From Promethearchaeota archaeon (GTDB lineage: Archaea; Asgardarchaeota; Lokiarchaeia; Sigyniarchaeales; SOKP01): a stretch of DNA of 64,000 nt. The number at the start of each line of letters is the position of its first letter. Position 1 is the stretch's first letter. Below are positions 19,620 through 29,439 of this stretch, piece by piece. The notes under the pieces were generated by a model. That model saw nothing but the letters and a program-made list of their open reading frames with translations. It did not search any database and was not told where the DNA came from. A program made the position numbers and the translations under genes. The stretch spans positions 1,241-65,240 of the forward strand of contig JAHLWH010000091.1 in NCBI GenBank assembly GCA_019058015.1, written 5' to 3'.

Positions 19620-19903
19620 TCCAATTTTACATAGGGATCATTTATCATCGATCTAAATGCCGTAATCTTTTTTACTTCTGTTAATTTAACTTCAAGCATA
19701 CATGCTACTGCCCACATATTAATAATCGCTTCTAATTCGGAATCTATAGGAACAAAATTAAAAGCTTTTGTAAAGATTTTTTTTTTGTATTCTATAGATT
19801 CATTACTCATCAAAAGAGCTCGACCTAAATCCATTGCAGTCTTATTTTTTGGTGATTTTTCAAGTGTTGTAAGAAGATCTTGAATTCTATAGGATTCACT
19901 CAT
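19616..19903 (-). CDS. Hypothetical protein
   Basis: 95-aa ORF with no recognisable motif. Its TGA overlaps the ATG of a downstream 45-aa ORF (ATGA). Confidence 0.35.
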   Translation of the reverse strand: MSESYRIQDLLTTLEKSPKNKTAMDLGRALLMSNESIEYKKKIFTKAFNFVPIDSELEAIINMWAVACMLEVKLTEVKKITAFRSMINDPYVKLE

Positions 19904-20093
19904 AAAATATTTATGATGATATCACTTTTTAATTTTTTTATGAAATAGATTCGCATCTATTAAATTTACATCATATATTTAAAGTGAATATGTAGAAAGT
20001 ATTAAATTCTCTTTGGTTAATTCTCATTTACTTAAATTTATTTTTACTAAATAAATTTGAGAACTCAAAAAAAAAATTTGAGAGTGTATTACT

Positions 20094-21200
20094 ATGTCAG
20101 AAGAAAAACCTAAAGAAGGAGACTTAATGAAAAGAATTCTTGGGAGAGAAGAGCTAACCCACAAACGATATGAATGGCTTGACCAATTTAGGGGTTTGAT
20201 TATAATTTTTCTGATCATCTCAGTGATAACATGGGAACTCTCCGGAGATGCAATTGCGGGCGATATCATGGTTGGTCCTCCATTACTTAACCACGGTTTT
20301 CAATATGCTAAATTTTATCCAGCTATTATAACGATTATCGATATTGGGCAACAGATATTCATGTTTTGTATGGGTTATGTAGCATATCTTGCATTTTCAG
20401 GTAGACTGGAAAAAAAAGGTGCAAAAGAAGCTTGGAAACATGGTATAATTCGAGTAGCAATTTTATATATTCTCTCTTTCCTGGATGATGGACTTATTGG
20501 TGGAGACCTCTTAGATGGAGGAACTACTTGGATTAAAAATGTATTTTGGAATGGAACTCTGGCAAATTTAGCAATCGGTACATTTGCTGCTTATTTAGCA
20601 GTATATATAGTGAAGGATGCTGATAAACGATTATATGTTGGAATAGGTATGCTGATTCTCCATTCTATACTATTTGCACTACCATTTTTTGAGCATTATG
20701 GACCATCAACGGGTGATATTGTATTCCCCTTTATCTCATTGAATCATGCTTCAATTGCGATCATAGCAACCTGCTTCTCCCAATGGTATAAAATGGACCC
20801 TGATAACCCCCGTGTTGCTTTTAAAAAGAGAATATTACCTGTAGCTACCATTTGTATTGTGATTTTTTATTGTTTGGATTGGATACAACCAGCCGAACAT
20901 CACGATGTAACAACATCTCTTGCTTTATTAGCTATCGCTACTTCAGCTTTTATGATCACAGTTTTCTACAGTTTGGAACAGCTTGATTTCAAGGTACCCA
21001 TTTTGAGTGAAATGGGGAAAAATATGTTGCTAATTTTCATCTTAACATTGTTTGTGGGGCTATTTGTTGGAATTATTCCTAAAGACTTCCTAGTTGCTAA
21101 TCCATTACTTGCTTTAATACTAGTCGGAATATTGCCGATTGTTATATTAGCGGGAATTGCGATTCTTCTCGATAAAAAAAATATTAAAATTAAAATTTAA
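20094..21200 (+). CDS. Polytopic membrane protein, HGSNAT/DUF1624-like acyltransferase family (tentative)
   Basis: 368 aa with about ten hydrophobic helices. The N-terminal RYEWLDQFRGLIIIFLII resembles the R...lD..RG motif of acyltransferase-3/DUF1624 membrane proteins. Confidence 0.45.
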   Translation: MSEEKPKEGDLMKRILGREELTHKRYEWLDQFRGLIIIFLIISVITWELSGDAIAGDIMVGPPLLNHGFQYAKFYPAIITIIDIGQQIFMFCMGYVAYLAFSGRLEKKGAKEAWKHGIIRVAILYILSFLDDGLIGGDLLDGGTTWIKNVFWNGTLANLAIGTFAAYLAVYIVKDADKRLYVGIGMLILHSILFALPFFEHYGPSTGDIVFPFISLNHASIAIIATCFSQWYKMDPDNPRVAFKKRILPVATICIVIFYCLDWIQPAEHHDVTTSLALLAIATSAFMITVFYSLEQLDFKVPILSEMGKNMLLIFILTLFVGLFVGIIPKDFLVANPLLALILVGILPIVILAGIAILLDKKNIKIKI

Positions 21201-21304
21201 TTTTTTTCTATCTAGCTTCTTTAAAACTTAATAATTTTCTTTTTTTTTCATAGATTAGTAAAAAAAAACAAATTTAAAGCATTAAATTAATTATTAAGAT
21301 TATT

Positions 21305-21598
21305 ATGATTACAGTAATAGCTGAATCTAAAGTAAAAGAGGGAAAGATGGAGCAAGCCATCAATTTATTGAAAGAAATGGTCCCAATTATACTAGAATCT
21401 GAACCTGGTACAAAAGTTTATATTCCCCATACTCTAAAAGGAAGAGAAAACAAGAATATAATTATTTATTACGAAAAATACGAGAATATGGAAGCATTTA
21501 GATTACATATGGTTAATTTATCAAAGTTCGGAACAAAATTAGAACAAGTTTTCGAACCAGGAGTGAAATTAAGAACTTGTTATGAAATCAAAATTTAA
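21305..21598 (+). CDS. ABM/Dabb-type small monooxygenase-like protein
   Basis: 97 aa. MITVIAESKVKEGKMEQAINLLKEMV...IIIYYEKYENMEAFRLH fits the antibiotic-biosynthesis-monooxygenase ferredoxin-like pattern. Confidence 0.5.
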   Translation: MITVIAESKVKEGKMEQAINLLKEMVPIILESEPGTKVYIPHTLKGRENKNIIIYYEKYENMEAFRLHMVNLSKFGTKLEQVFEPGVKLRTCYEIKI

Positions 21599-21726
21599 AT
21601 TTATTTTTTTTTCTTTCCTTCATTCTTTAGTAAAAATATTCTGTTTAGAAAAAAATAAACATAATAATATATTTTAAATTAGTACGATTACAGATAATTG
21701 GAATTATTCGATTTGTGCAATAAAAT

Positions 21727-23088
21727 ATGGTTTTGGAAGCGCTCGGTAGGTCCTTAGATAATGCGATAAGGAAGATTCGTCGGCTGCCACAAGTAGATAA
21801 AGATGCAATCGACGCTTTAATTCAAGAGTTACAAAGGGCCTTACTCTCTTCGGATGTTAAAGTGGAAATTGTTTTTGAAGCCACAGAAAATATCAAAAAG
21901 GAAGCAATGAATACGAAGTTAAGTAGTTCTATTCGACGAAGGGATTATATAATTAAAATTATCCATGATGAATTTGTTAAGATTCTTGGAGGAAAGAGTG
22001 CACCAATAAGGATTAAACCCAACAAACAAAATATAATTCTTATGGTGGGTATTCAAGGTTCTGGGAAAACCACCACAGTAGGCAAACTTGTTCATTATTA
22101 TAAAAGTAAAGGATATACAATTGGTGTAGTTTGCGGAGATAATTTTCGCCCTGGAGCATATGAACAGCTACAACAACTCTGCGAACCTCAAGATGTTAAA
22201 GTATTTGGCAATCCAAATGAAAAAAATACTATAAAACTCGTTCTAAGACAAACTAAACAAGCCTTAAAGGAGAATTATAATATAATAATTATTGATACAG
22301 CAGGACGCCATAAAGAAGAAAAAGAATTGATGAAGGAGATTGAAAATATTGAAAAATCAGTTAAACCAGATGAAGTTATTTTAGTTATTGATGGAACACT
22401 TGGACAACAAGCATATAATCAAGCTCTGGAATTTTCTAAGGCAACCCGAGTGGGTGCAATCATTGTGACAAAACTAGATGGAACAGCGAAAGGCGGAGGC
22501 GCATTATCAGCAGTTGCAGCTACAAACGCTCCTATAAAATTTATTGGAATAGGAGAAAAAATTGAACAATTTGAATTATTTGAGCCAACTCGATTTGTTG
22601 GAACACTACTTGGAATACCTGATTTAGAGGGTTTAGTTCAAAAAGTCCAAGACGCAATGGCTGAACCAGACCCAGAAATGGTTAAGCGAATGATGCGAGG
22701 GAAATTTACATTAGAAGATCTTTATATCCAGCTAAAAGCGATAAAAAAGATGGGTAAATTCGGAAAAATCTTAGGAATGATGGGTATAGGCAATATTCCT
22801 GATGAGGCAAAAGACATGGCCGAACAAAATTTAGATCAATGGGAAGTTGTTTTAAATTCAATGACTGGGGAGGAGAAAGAGAATCCTAAAATCATAAAAA
22901 AGTCTAGAAAGCGCCGGATTGCCATTGGGAGTGGTTCATCATATTCAACAATTAATAAAATGTTAGATCAATATAATCAAATGAAATCAATGATGAAAAA
23001 ATTTATGAAACTAAGAAAAAAAAGCAAACGCGGAGGCTTACCTGGCTTACCTCCTGGTTTTGATTTGCCTTCTGATTTTAAATTATGA
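21727..23088 (+). CDS. srp54: Signal recognition particle protein SRP54
   Basis: The G domain has [16 protein letters not shown] and [11 protein letters not shown] Met-rich M domain follows (MMRGKF...[12 protein letters not shown]...[10 protein letters not shown]). Confidence 0.95.
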   Translation: MVLEALGRSLDNAIRKIRRLPQVDKDAIDALIQELQRALLSSDVKVEIVFEATENIKKEAMNTKLSSSIRRRDYIIKIIHDEFVKILGGKSAPIRIKPNKQNIILMVGIQGSGKTTTVGKLVHYYKSKGYTIGVVCGDNFRPGAYEQLQQLCEPQDVKVFGNPNEKNTIKLVLRQTKQALKENYNIIIIDTAGRHKEEKELMKEIENIEKSVKPDEVILVIDGTLGQQAYNQALEFSKATRVGAIIVTKLDGTAKGGGALSAVAATNAPIKFIGIGEKIEQFELFEPTRFVGTLLGIPDLEGLVQKVQDAMAEPDPEMVKRMMRGKFTLEDLYIQLKAIKKMGKFGKILGMMGIGNIPDEAKDMAEQNLDQWEVVLNSMTGEEKENPKIIKKSRKRRIAIGSGSSYSTINKMLDQYNQMKSMMKKFMKLRKKSKRGGLPGLPPGFDLPSDFKL

Positions 23089-23216
23089 TTTTTCTACGCA
23101 TTTTCAAACTTTTTATTTTAATTCACAGTACAACAAAAGTTAAATTGTTTAATATCAATTTATTAAGTTTTATAATAAAAAATTATTAAATTATTATTCT
23201 TAATTAACAACATAAA

Positions 23217-23867
23217 TTGCCCAATTTTTTAATCATTACTGAAGCTATTCCAGATTATTCAAAAAAAGATATAGATCGCGGAAAAACGCCAAAAGTTGTA
23301 ATACAACTTTGTTTATGTTTGAAAGAATCGTTTTTCTTAGCATATAAAATTAGAAAATACGTAAATTTTTATATTTATATTGAAGAGAGTGAAATTTTAA
23401 TTAAATTTGAAGGAAAAACTTTAAAATACCTTGGTCCAGATGAGCGGTCTCAATCTCTTCTCTTAGAAAAGGCAATAAAAATGAGTTATTATAAAGAACA
23501 TATTTCTTCCAAGATATTCCATAAATCTACGCCTGGAATCTTTGTTAAAAAGGTTAAATTTAAAGATTTTATCGAAAACCAAAAAGATTTTCAAAATATA
23601 TTTGTTATGAATTCATTTCAAGAAGAGCAACTAAAAAATATTGGAGTTTTTTACAATATAAAGAAGGTTGAAGATTATAAACATTCAATTTTTATATGTT
23701 TTTTAGATCTCAACACAAGTAGATTTAATGATTATATTCCTTATTTAAAGTGTTTAAATAATATAAATGCCTTAGAAGGATTAAGCAATAAAATTGAAAA
23801 TTTATCTTGCTGGGATAAAATATTAAGTATTAATCATTATTTTGACAAGATGACAAATGATTCTTAA
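23217..23867 (+). CDS. TrmY-like (DUF358/SPOUT) protein, divergent
   Basis: TTG start. LCLCLKESFFLAYKIRKYVNFY, IKFEGKTLKYLGPDERSQSLLLEKAI and STPGIFVKK parallel M. jannaschii TrmY blocks (LCRCVSDAFFLSHDIRRDV, IKF.G.ELK..SPDER, STPGIYVRR; recalled from memory). The N-terminal and C-terminal SAM-pocket regions look diverged. Confidence 0.55.
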   Translation: MPNFLIITEAIPDYSKKDIDRGKTPKVVIQLCLCLKESFFLAYKIRKYVNFYIYIEESEILIKFEGKTLKYLGPDERSQSLLLEKAIKMSYYKEHISSKIFHKSTPGIFVKKVKFKDFIENQKDFQNIFVMNSFQEEQLKNIGVFYNIKKVEDYKHSIFICFLDLNTSRFNDYIPYLKCLNNINALEGLSNKIENLSCWDKILSINHYFDKMTNDS

Positions 23868-25266
23868 AAATGCAAGAATATATTCAGACAATGAATTAAA
23901 ACTTGGCTCTATTTATATTTCAAATGGAAAATTTAAGAAATTAATCTTTCATAACAATAAAGATGGAGCACAGTTTGATGATATTAATAATAATGATTAT
24001 GTAATTGATTGTAATAAGAAAATATTATTACCTGGCATAATAGATGTTCATTCTCATCTTAGAGATCTCGAACAAGCTGAGAAAGAAACTTTTATTACAG
24101 GAACTAAAGCAGCAGCTGCATCAGGAATTACAACTGTATTTGATATGCCAAATACAATCCCTCCAGCAATCACTTCTCATGATATTGAAAATTGGATGGA
24201 TGCGGCAAGAAATAATATTTTTATTGATGTAGGCTTTATTGCAGGGGTTCCTGAAAAAATAAACCAAGAGGAATTTGAAAAAATTGTAAATTTAGGCGTA
24301 ATCGGTTTTAAGATATATCCTCATTCACCTATTTCTAAAATTGATTGGATAAACCCCCAAAATATAGAACAAATATTGCATTTTGTATCAAAATATAATG
24401 TTCCATTATTTATTCACCCTCAAATGCCAACAAAAAATTCAGAGGTCTTTAGAAAATTTGAAGATGGCATATCTCAAAAAAGACACGCCTTGAAATTTTT
24501 TAATGAGATTTATTCCAGTGATATTGAAAAGAATTTTATTGACTATTTTCAAAAACATTATGAACGTTTTATTATTAACAATAAAAACATTTCTGCATAT
24601 CCCCATATACATTTTTGTCATGTGAGTTCAAAAGAGGCTTTATACATCCTTCTTAATGCAAGATTTGAAGTGAGTTTATTAAATTTTTCATTTGAAGTTA
24701 CACCTCATCACCTTCTCCTTACTAATAATATGAAGTTTGAGAAAGATAGTTTTGCTAAAGTCTTACCACCTCTTAGAGATGAGCTCGATAGAAATTACCT
24801 TTATCAAAATTTAGAAAATGGAAAAATCGATTTGATTGGAACGGATCATGCTCCTCATACTATTGAAGAAAAATCGAAGCCATTTATTGAAGCTCCATCT
24901 GGTTTTCCAGGTTTTGAAACATATCCTCTTCTATTATTAGAAAATGTATTTAATTCGGATTTACAATTGAAAATCTTTATTAAATGTTCTTCTGAAATGC
25001 CGGCTAAATTATTCGGTTTGAATAATAAAGGTTTTATTAAAGAAGGATTTGATGCTGATTTTTATCTGGTGGAAAAAGTAAATCCTTATACAATTAATCC
25101 TGAAAAGTTTTACAGTAGCGCAAAATTTTCTCCATTCAAAGGGTTCAAAACTACAGTCAAAATCTCCGGAGTATATCTAAGAGGTCAAGAAATATATGAT
25201 GGAGAAAATGTTTTGAGTAATAAAAGAGGTCAAATTATTCATAAAAAGAATAGTATTAAATACTAA
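23857..25266 (+). CDS. pyrC: Dihydroorotase-like cyclic amidohydrolase
   Basis: Metal ligands are PGIIDVHSHLRD and GTDHAPH, with GITTVFDMPNT also present. At 469 aa it is longer than classic PyrC, so allantoinase or dihydropyrimidinase cannot be excluded. Confidence 0.7.
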   Translation: MILKNARIYSDNELKLGSIYISNGKFKKLIFHNNKDGAQFDDINNNDYVIDCNKKILLPGIIDVHSHLRDLEQAEKETFITGTKAAAASGITTVFDMPNTIPPAITSHDIENWMDAARNNIFIDVGFIAGVPEKINQEEFEKIVNLGVIGFKIYPHSPISKIDWINPQNIEQILHFVSKYNVPLFIHPQMPTKNSEVFRKFEDGISQKRHALKFFNEIYSSDIEKNFIDYFQKHYERFIINNKNISAYPHIHFCHVSSKEALYILLNARFEVSLLNFSFEVTPHHLLLTNNMKFEKDSFAKVLPPLRDELDRNYLYQNLENGKIDLIGTDHAPHTIEEKSKPFIEAPSGFPGFETYPLLLLENVFNSDLQLKIFIKCSSEMPAKLFGLNNKGFIKEGFDADFYLVEKVNPYTINPEKFYSSAKFSPFKGFKTTVKISGVYLRGQEIYDGENVLSNKRGQIIHKKNSIKY

Positions 25267-25283
25267 GCAGTATAAGAGTTAAA

Positions 25284-25919
25284 ATGGTAAAAATGGTCCA
25301 AGAAAAAATAACTATTGAAGATGGAATTACTTTAATTAAATTTGCTCGAGAAAATATTGAAACATATTTAAGAACTTCCAAAAAAGCAATTATTCCAGAT
25401 GAAATTGAAAAAAAGTATTCCGGGAAATATGGCGTATTTGTAACTCTTAATAAACTAGATGGTAATAATAAAATGCTTAGAGGTTGCATAGGGTATCCAG
25501 AACCTATTTTTTCACTTATAAAAGCAATTTATAATGTTTCAATTTCTTCAGCAATCGAAGATCCTCGTTTTCCTAATGTTACTCTTGAAGAAATGGATAA
25601 CATTGTAATTGAATTAACTGTATTAACTCCTCCCGAATTGATAGAAGTTAATGAACCTAATGAATACTTGGAAAAAATTAAAATAGGAAGAGATGGTTTG
25701 ATTGTTGAGCATGGAGTGCGAAGAGGATTGCTTTTACCCCAAGTTCCCGTAGATGATGGAAGAAATTGGGATATAAAAACATTTCTTGAACATACATGTA
25801 TGAAAGCATGGCTTTCAGAGGATTCTTGGATGAATAAAGATACTAAAATTTACAAATTTGAGGGAATTATTTTTGAAGAACTTACTCCTCGAGGAGAAAT
25901 CATATTAAAAGAAATTTAA
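25284..25919 (+). CDS. AMMECR1-domain protein
   Basis: LRGCIGYPEP, DPRFPNV and RRGLLLPQV are AMMECR1 signatures. Confidence 0.85.
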   Translation: MVKMVQEKITIEDGITLIKFARENIETYLRTSKKAIIPDEIEKKYSGKYGVFVTLNKLDGNNKMLRGCIGYPEPIFSLIKAIYNVSISSAIEDPRFPNVTLEEMDNIVIELTVLTPPELIEVNEPNEYLEKIKIGRDGLIVEHGVRRGLLLPQVPVDDGRNWDIKTFLEHTCMKAWLSEDSWMNKDTKIYKFEGIIFEELTPRGEIILKEI

Positions 25920-26302
25920 TCTTTTTTAATTACAATATCACTAATTCCTAACCACTCTTTAGCTTCATCAAGAGTCGTAACAATCTTCCTTTTCGGAGAT
26001 ATCGCCTTTTCTAATAAATATTGAAACTCAACATCTAAAGGCGGATTATTTGTAATAACAAAGGCAGATTTTTCCAATCTTTTATTATTTTCTTTTAATA
26101 AATCTAAAATTATATTTATTGATCTACTATCTAAATGACTAGCATCACTAATATCTACAAGAACACAAAATTTTTTCATATTTTTTATTTGATCTTTAAA
26201 ATGATTCACAAATCTTTCAGCTTCAATAGGTGGAAATTTCCCAATTGCTTTTATATAAAAGCAATTTTCACCCATTTTCTGTAATTGATACAAAAATATC
26301 AC
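25916..26302 (-). CDS. SpoIIAA-like/STAS_2-type small protein (tentative)
   Basis: 128 aa. The pattern KFCVLVDISDASHLDSRS...KSAFVITNNP...TLDEAKEWLG resembles STAS_2 domains (..vl.D......d......k.A.V......f.....A..WL). Confidence 0.35.
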   Translation of the reverse strand: MIFLYQLQKMGENCFYIKAIGKFPPIEAERFVNHFKDQIKNMKKFCVLVDISDASHLDSRSINIILDLLKENNKRLEKSAFVITNNPPLDVEFQYLLEKAISPKRKIVTTLDEAKEWLGISDIVIKKD

Positions 26303-26379
26303 CTATTATTTTTATAATTATAATCATTTTTATATCTATTATTTCATGTAAGAATTAAAAAAATATCTAAGGAAAAAAT

Positions 26380-26772
26380 ATGCCAATAATATCACTTCAA
26401 TTAGACGATGATCTATTGGATCGTTTTAATAAGGTTAAAAATAAGCGTGGATATACATCAAAGAGTAAAGCAATAAGAGATTCCATTATTGAATTTATTG
26501 AAAACTATGAAAAATTTGATGATCTAGAGGGATATAAGATTATGATCATAAATCTTATTTATCCAATTGAAGCTGGATTATTATCTGAAATGTCTGAGAT
26601 ATGCAATAAATACAGAAGTTTAATTAAAACAATGATGGACTGGAGGATAGCTTCAAAAAAAATAGAAATTATCTTAACAGTCGGAGAAGTTGATATAATT
26701 AAAGATTTTTATAATGAACTTATTAGAATAAAAGATATAACCTCAACAATACATGAAGTTATAATTGAATAA
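26380..26772 (+). CDS. Ribbon-helix-helix (CopG/NikR-like) transcriptional regulator
   Basis: The N-terminal IISLQLDDDLLDRFNKVKNKRGYTSKSKAIRDSIIEFI is a classic RHH motif. A ~85-aa C-terminal domain follows with NikR-like length, but I do not see the His/Cys nickel ligands. Confidence 0.55.
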   Translation: MPIISLQLDDDLLDRFNKVKNKRGYTSKSKAIRDSIIEFIENYEKFDDLEGYKIMIINLIYPIEAGLLSEMSEICNKYRSLIKTMMDWRIASKKIEIILTVGEVDIIKDFYNELIRIKDITSTIHEVIIE

Positions 26773-26777
26773 TCTTT

Positions 26778-27632
26778 TTAAAAAAATTCTAAAGAAAAAT
26801 CAACTCTTTTATGAGGAAACTGAGTTAAAGATCCTAAACTTATTATGTCCACTCCCGTTTTTACATACTCTTCAATATTTTCTTTGCTAATTGACCCAGA
26901 AGCTTCTATTAAAACCTTCTTTCTTAAATCTTCCATTTCTAATGCTTTTATCGCTTCTTCAATCTCTGCTGGTTTCATGTTATCTAACATAATAATATCT
27001 GCTCCATTTCTTGCGGCAATTAAAACATCTTCAATTTTTTCTACTTCAATTTCAATCTTTTTGGTAAAACTTGCTAAATTTCTAACTTTTTTAAGAATTT
27101 TCTTAATATCACCTGAAAAATATTTTAGATGAGTATCTTTGATCAAAATCATATCATCAAGATTCCAGCGATGAGTCTCCCCCCCTCCTAATTTTACAGC
27201 ACTCTTTTCAAAAATTCTAAAATACGGAGTCGTTTTTCTAGTACAAGCAATTTTTATGTGTTTATTTAATTTCTTGGTTATATTTACAAGATCTCTTGTT
27301 GATGATGTGATAGCACTCATGCGCGTTAAAAGATTTAATGACGTTCTTTCGCCAAATAAAACATCATGAGCATTTCCAGACAATTCACAAATTACCTCAT
27401 TCTCAATAACTTTATCTCCATCTTTTTTAAATATTGTAATTATAATATTTAGAAATTCAAATAATATCTCAATCTCTTTTAATCCCGATATATATCCCGA
27501 ACTTTTAGCAATAATTTTAGCTTTAATTTCCTTATTATCTGGAATAATTTCTGAAGAAATGTCTTGAAATAAGCAATCTTCTTCTAGAAATTCTTGAATT
27601 TTTTTTCTAATTATTATTTTATTCATCATCAT
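26778..27632 (-). CDS. nadC: Nicotinate-nucleotide (quinolinate) pyrophosphorylase
   Basis: CTRKTTPYFRIFEKSAVKLGGGETHRWNLDDMILIKDTH and IMLDNM are typical NadC blocks. Confidence 0.85.
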   Translation of the reverse strand: MMMNKIIIRKKIQEFLEEDCLFQDISSEIIPDNKEIKAKIIAKSSGYISGLKEIEILFEFLNIIITIFKKDGDKVIENEVICELSGNAHDVLFGERTSLNLLTRMSAITSSTRDLVNITKKLNKHIKIACTRKTTPYFRIFEKSAVKLGGGETHRWNLDDMILIKDTHLKYFSGDIKKILKKVRNLASFTKKIEIEVEKIEDVLIAARNGADIIMLDNMKPAEIEEAIKALEMEDLRKKVLIEASGSISKENIEEYVKTGVDIISLGSLTQFPHKRVDFSLEFF

Positions 27633-27704
27633 TCCATATATAGAATCTTATTGTAGATTTTTTAATCACTAATCTTTTAAAAACATTCAGAGATATTTTA
27701 GTTT

Positions 27705-28346
27705 ATGCTTAAAGAAATAAAAATTCCCACACTTAATGAAAATGTCAAGCTTGAGGCTGAAGTTTTTTACCCAGATAATGATAAAAGAAATATGTGCGTT
27801 CTTCTAGCTCATCCACATAGCCTATATGGAGGAAACATGTCAAACAATGTTATATCTTCTCTTTTTTCTACATTGTGTAATGAAAATATTCCAACTTTAA
27901 GATTCAATTTTCGAGGAGTGGGAAAATCTACAGGATCTTATGGTCATGATATAGGAGAGCAAGATGATATTAGAACATGTATAAAATTTTTAATTGAAAA
28001 AGAAGAATTTGCAAAAGTCTTAATTATAGGATACTCATATGGGGCAGCAATTGGATGTTCACAAGTTAATACTTTTGAGAATATTATGGGATATGTTGCT
28101 ATTGCATTTCCATTTGATTTATTTACTGAGCTCAAAAATTTAGCTCAAACTTCTAAACCGAAATTATTCATTCAAGGTGATATGGATAATATCGCAAATT
28201 TTCACACTTTTTTAAAACACTTCGAAGATATGAAACCACCCAAGGATTACAAAATAATAAATAATGCAGACCACTTTTTCTGGGGCTTTGAAAATCAAGT
28301 ATCTAAATTTGCATTTGATTTTGTAAAGAAATTAGAGAATGAATAA
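27705..28346 (+). CDS. Alpha/beta-fold hydrolase (COG2945-like)
   Basis: Shows the nucleophile elbow GYSYGA, the N-terminal LAHPHSLYGGNM typical of this small hydrolase family, and C-terminal D...H (DMDNI ... ADHFF). Confidence 0.6.
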   Translation: MLKEIKIPTLNENVKLEAEVFYPDNDKRNMCVLLAHPHSLYGGNMSNNVISSLFSTLCNENIPTLRFNFRGVGKSTGSYGHDIGEQDDIRTCIKFLIEKEEFAKVLIIGYSYGAAIGCSQVNTFENIMGYVAIAFPFDLFTELKNLAQTSKPKLFIQGDMDNIANFHTFLKHFEDMKPPKDYKIINNADHFFWGFENQVSKFAFDFVKKLENE

Positions 28347-28373
28347 AAAAGTATAATATAAATTTAAAGATAA

Positions 28374-28784
28374 TTAAATACTTGCAAGATTTTTTAATTC
28401 TGTCAGGGAGTTTTCCTCTGCCCAGTCAAGTAATTGGTCATAATATTTCTCAATCTCTTGCGATTCAGGAACGGGCGCAAGAACTGCTAAAATAAATAGT
28501 GTTTTCTCTATTTCAATATTACGGCAGATTATTAAAAATTCCTTAAAAAGAACTTTAATTGATTCTAACTCGGATTTGAGTGAGAGTTCTTCCCCTACTT
28601 TACTTGCAGTATCACTCAGAAGACTTCCCATGGCTGCAACAACAGCTTCATCTACATCGGGTTCTCTCTGAGATGCAAGTACTAAACCCGCTGATGTGCT
28701 AAATAAAGAAGCTCTAAATCCAGCATTTTCATTTAATTCTTTTAATATAAGATCTAAGCGACCCGGAATTTCTAAAACCTCTAT
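28374..28784 (-). CDS. Roadblock/LC7 (MglB-like) domain protein; start codon unresolved
   Basis: The track ORF (28374..28631) starts at an internal Met. The frame is open upstream to a TAA at 28791..28793 and encodes (I)EVLEIPGRLDLILKELNENAGFRASLFSTSAGLVLASQREPDVDEAVVAAM, which is the conserved N-terminal half of Roadblock/LC7. There is no in-frame ATG, GTG or TTG there. The 5' end given is an ATA codon (28784..28782). Confidence 0.6.
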   Translation of the reverse strand: MEVLEIPGRLDLILKELNENAGFRASLFSTSAGLVLASQREPDVDEAVVAAMGSLLSDTASKVGEELSLKSELESIKVLFKEFLIICRNIEIEKTLFILAVLAPVPESQEIEKYYDQLLDWAEENSLTELKNLASI

Positions 28785-28870
28785 TCTCTTTTAATTTGTT
28801 AAAATTTTTATGATATTAATTATATGTTTTTTCCAATTATATAAATTTTTATATACTTATTCTGTAAATT

Positions 28871-29413
28871 TTATTTCTTTTTCTTAAATGGTAATGAAAT
28901 TAAATAGGCAGATGCCAACCCGTTTTCAATATTTAAAATAATTAGTGTCGGTTTAGCTACTGGTTCTTGAAATCCCGGTTTTTTTGGTGGTGCTCGAGGA
29001 TAAGCAATAGAACCAGGATTTAATATCATACATTTTGATTCCAACCCTTTAATGGAAGGAATATGAGTATGTCCGGTTATTAATATATTAAGATTCCTAC
29101 TTTCAATATATTGATCTAATTCATTTATAGGGACTTCATGAATTATCCCAATCCTTTGTCCTTCAACCTCGAGCAATTTTTCCTTGGGTAATCCTTTAAT
29201 TTTATCCGTATTACTTGCTACACAATGAACCGGGGCAATCTCTTTTAATCGCTTTAAAAATATTTCAGAAACTACATCTCCTGCATGTATAATCTCATCC
29301 ACGTTTGATAAATATTTTCCCAATACACTAATAAAATTATCAATCTTTTTAGGATCCCATGTTTCTTCTACATGCGTATCTGAGATAATTCCAAATTTTA
29401 CCAAAATAACCAA
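28871..29413 (-). CDS. Metallophosphoesterase, YfcE/MJ0936 family
   Basis: Motifs FGIISDTHVE, HAGD, GHTHIP and NPGS are present in a 180-aa protein. Confidence 0.8.
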   Translation of the reverse strand: MVILVKFGIISDTHVEETWDPKKIDNFISVLGKYLSNVDEIIHAGDVVSEIFLKRLKEIAPVHCVASNTDKIKGLPKEKLLEVEGQRIGIIHEVPINELDQYIESRNLNILITGHTHIPSIKGLESKCMILNPGSIAYPRAPPKKPGFQEPVAKPTLIILNIENGLASAYLISLPFKKKK

Positions 29414-29439
29414 TTTTTGTAAATTATTTCTTTTTTAAC

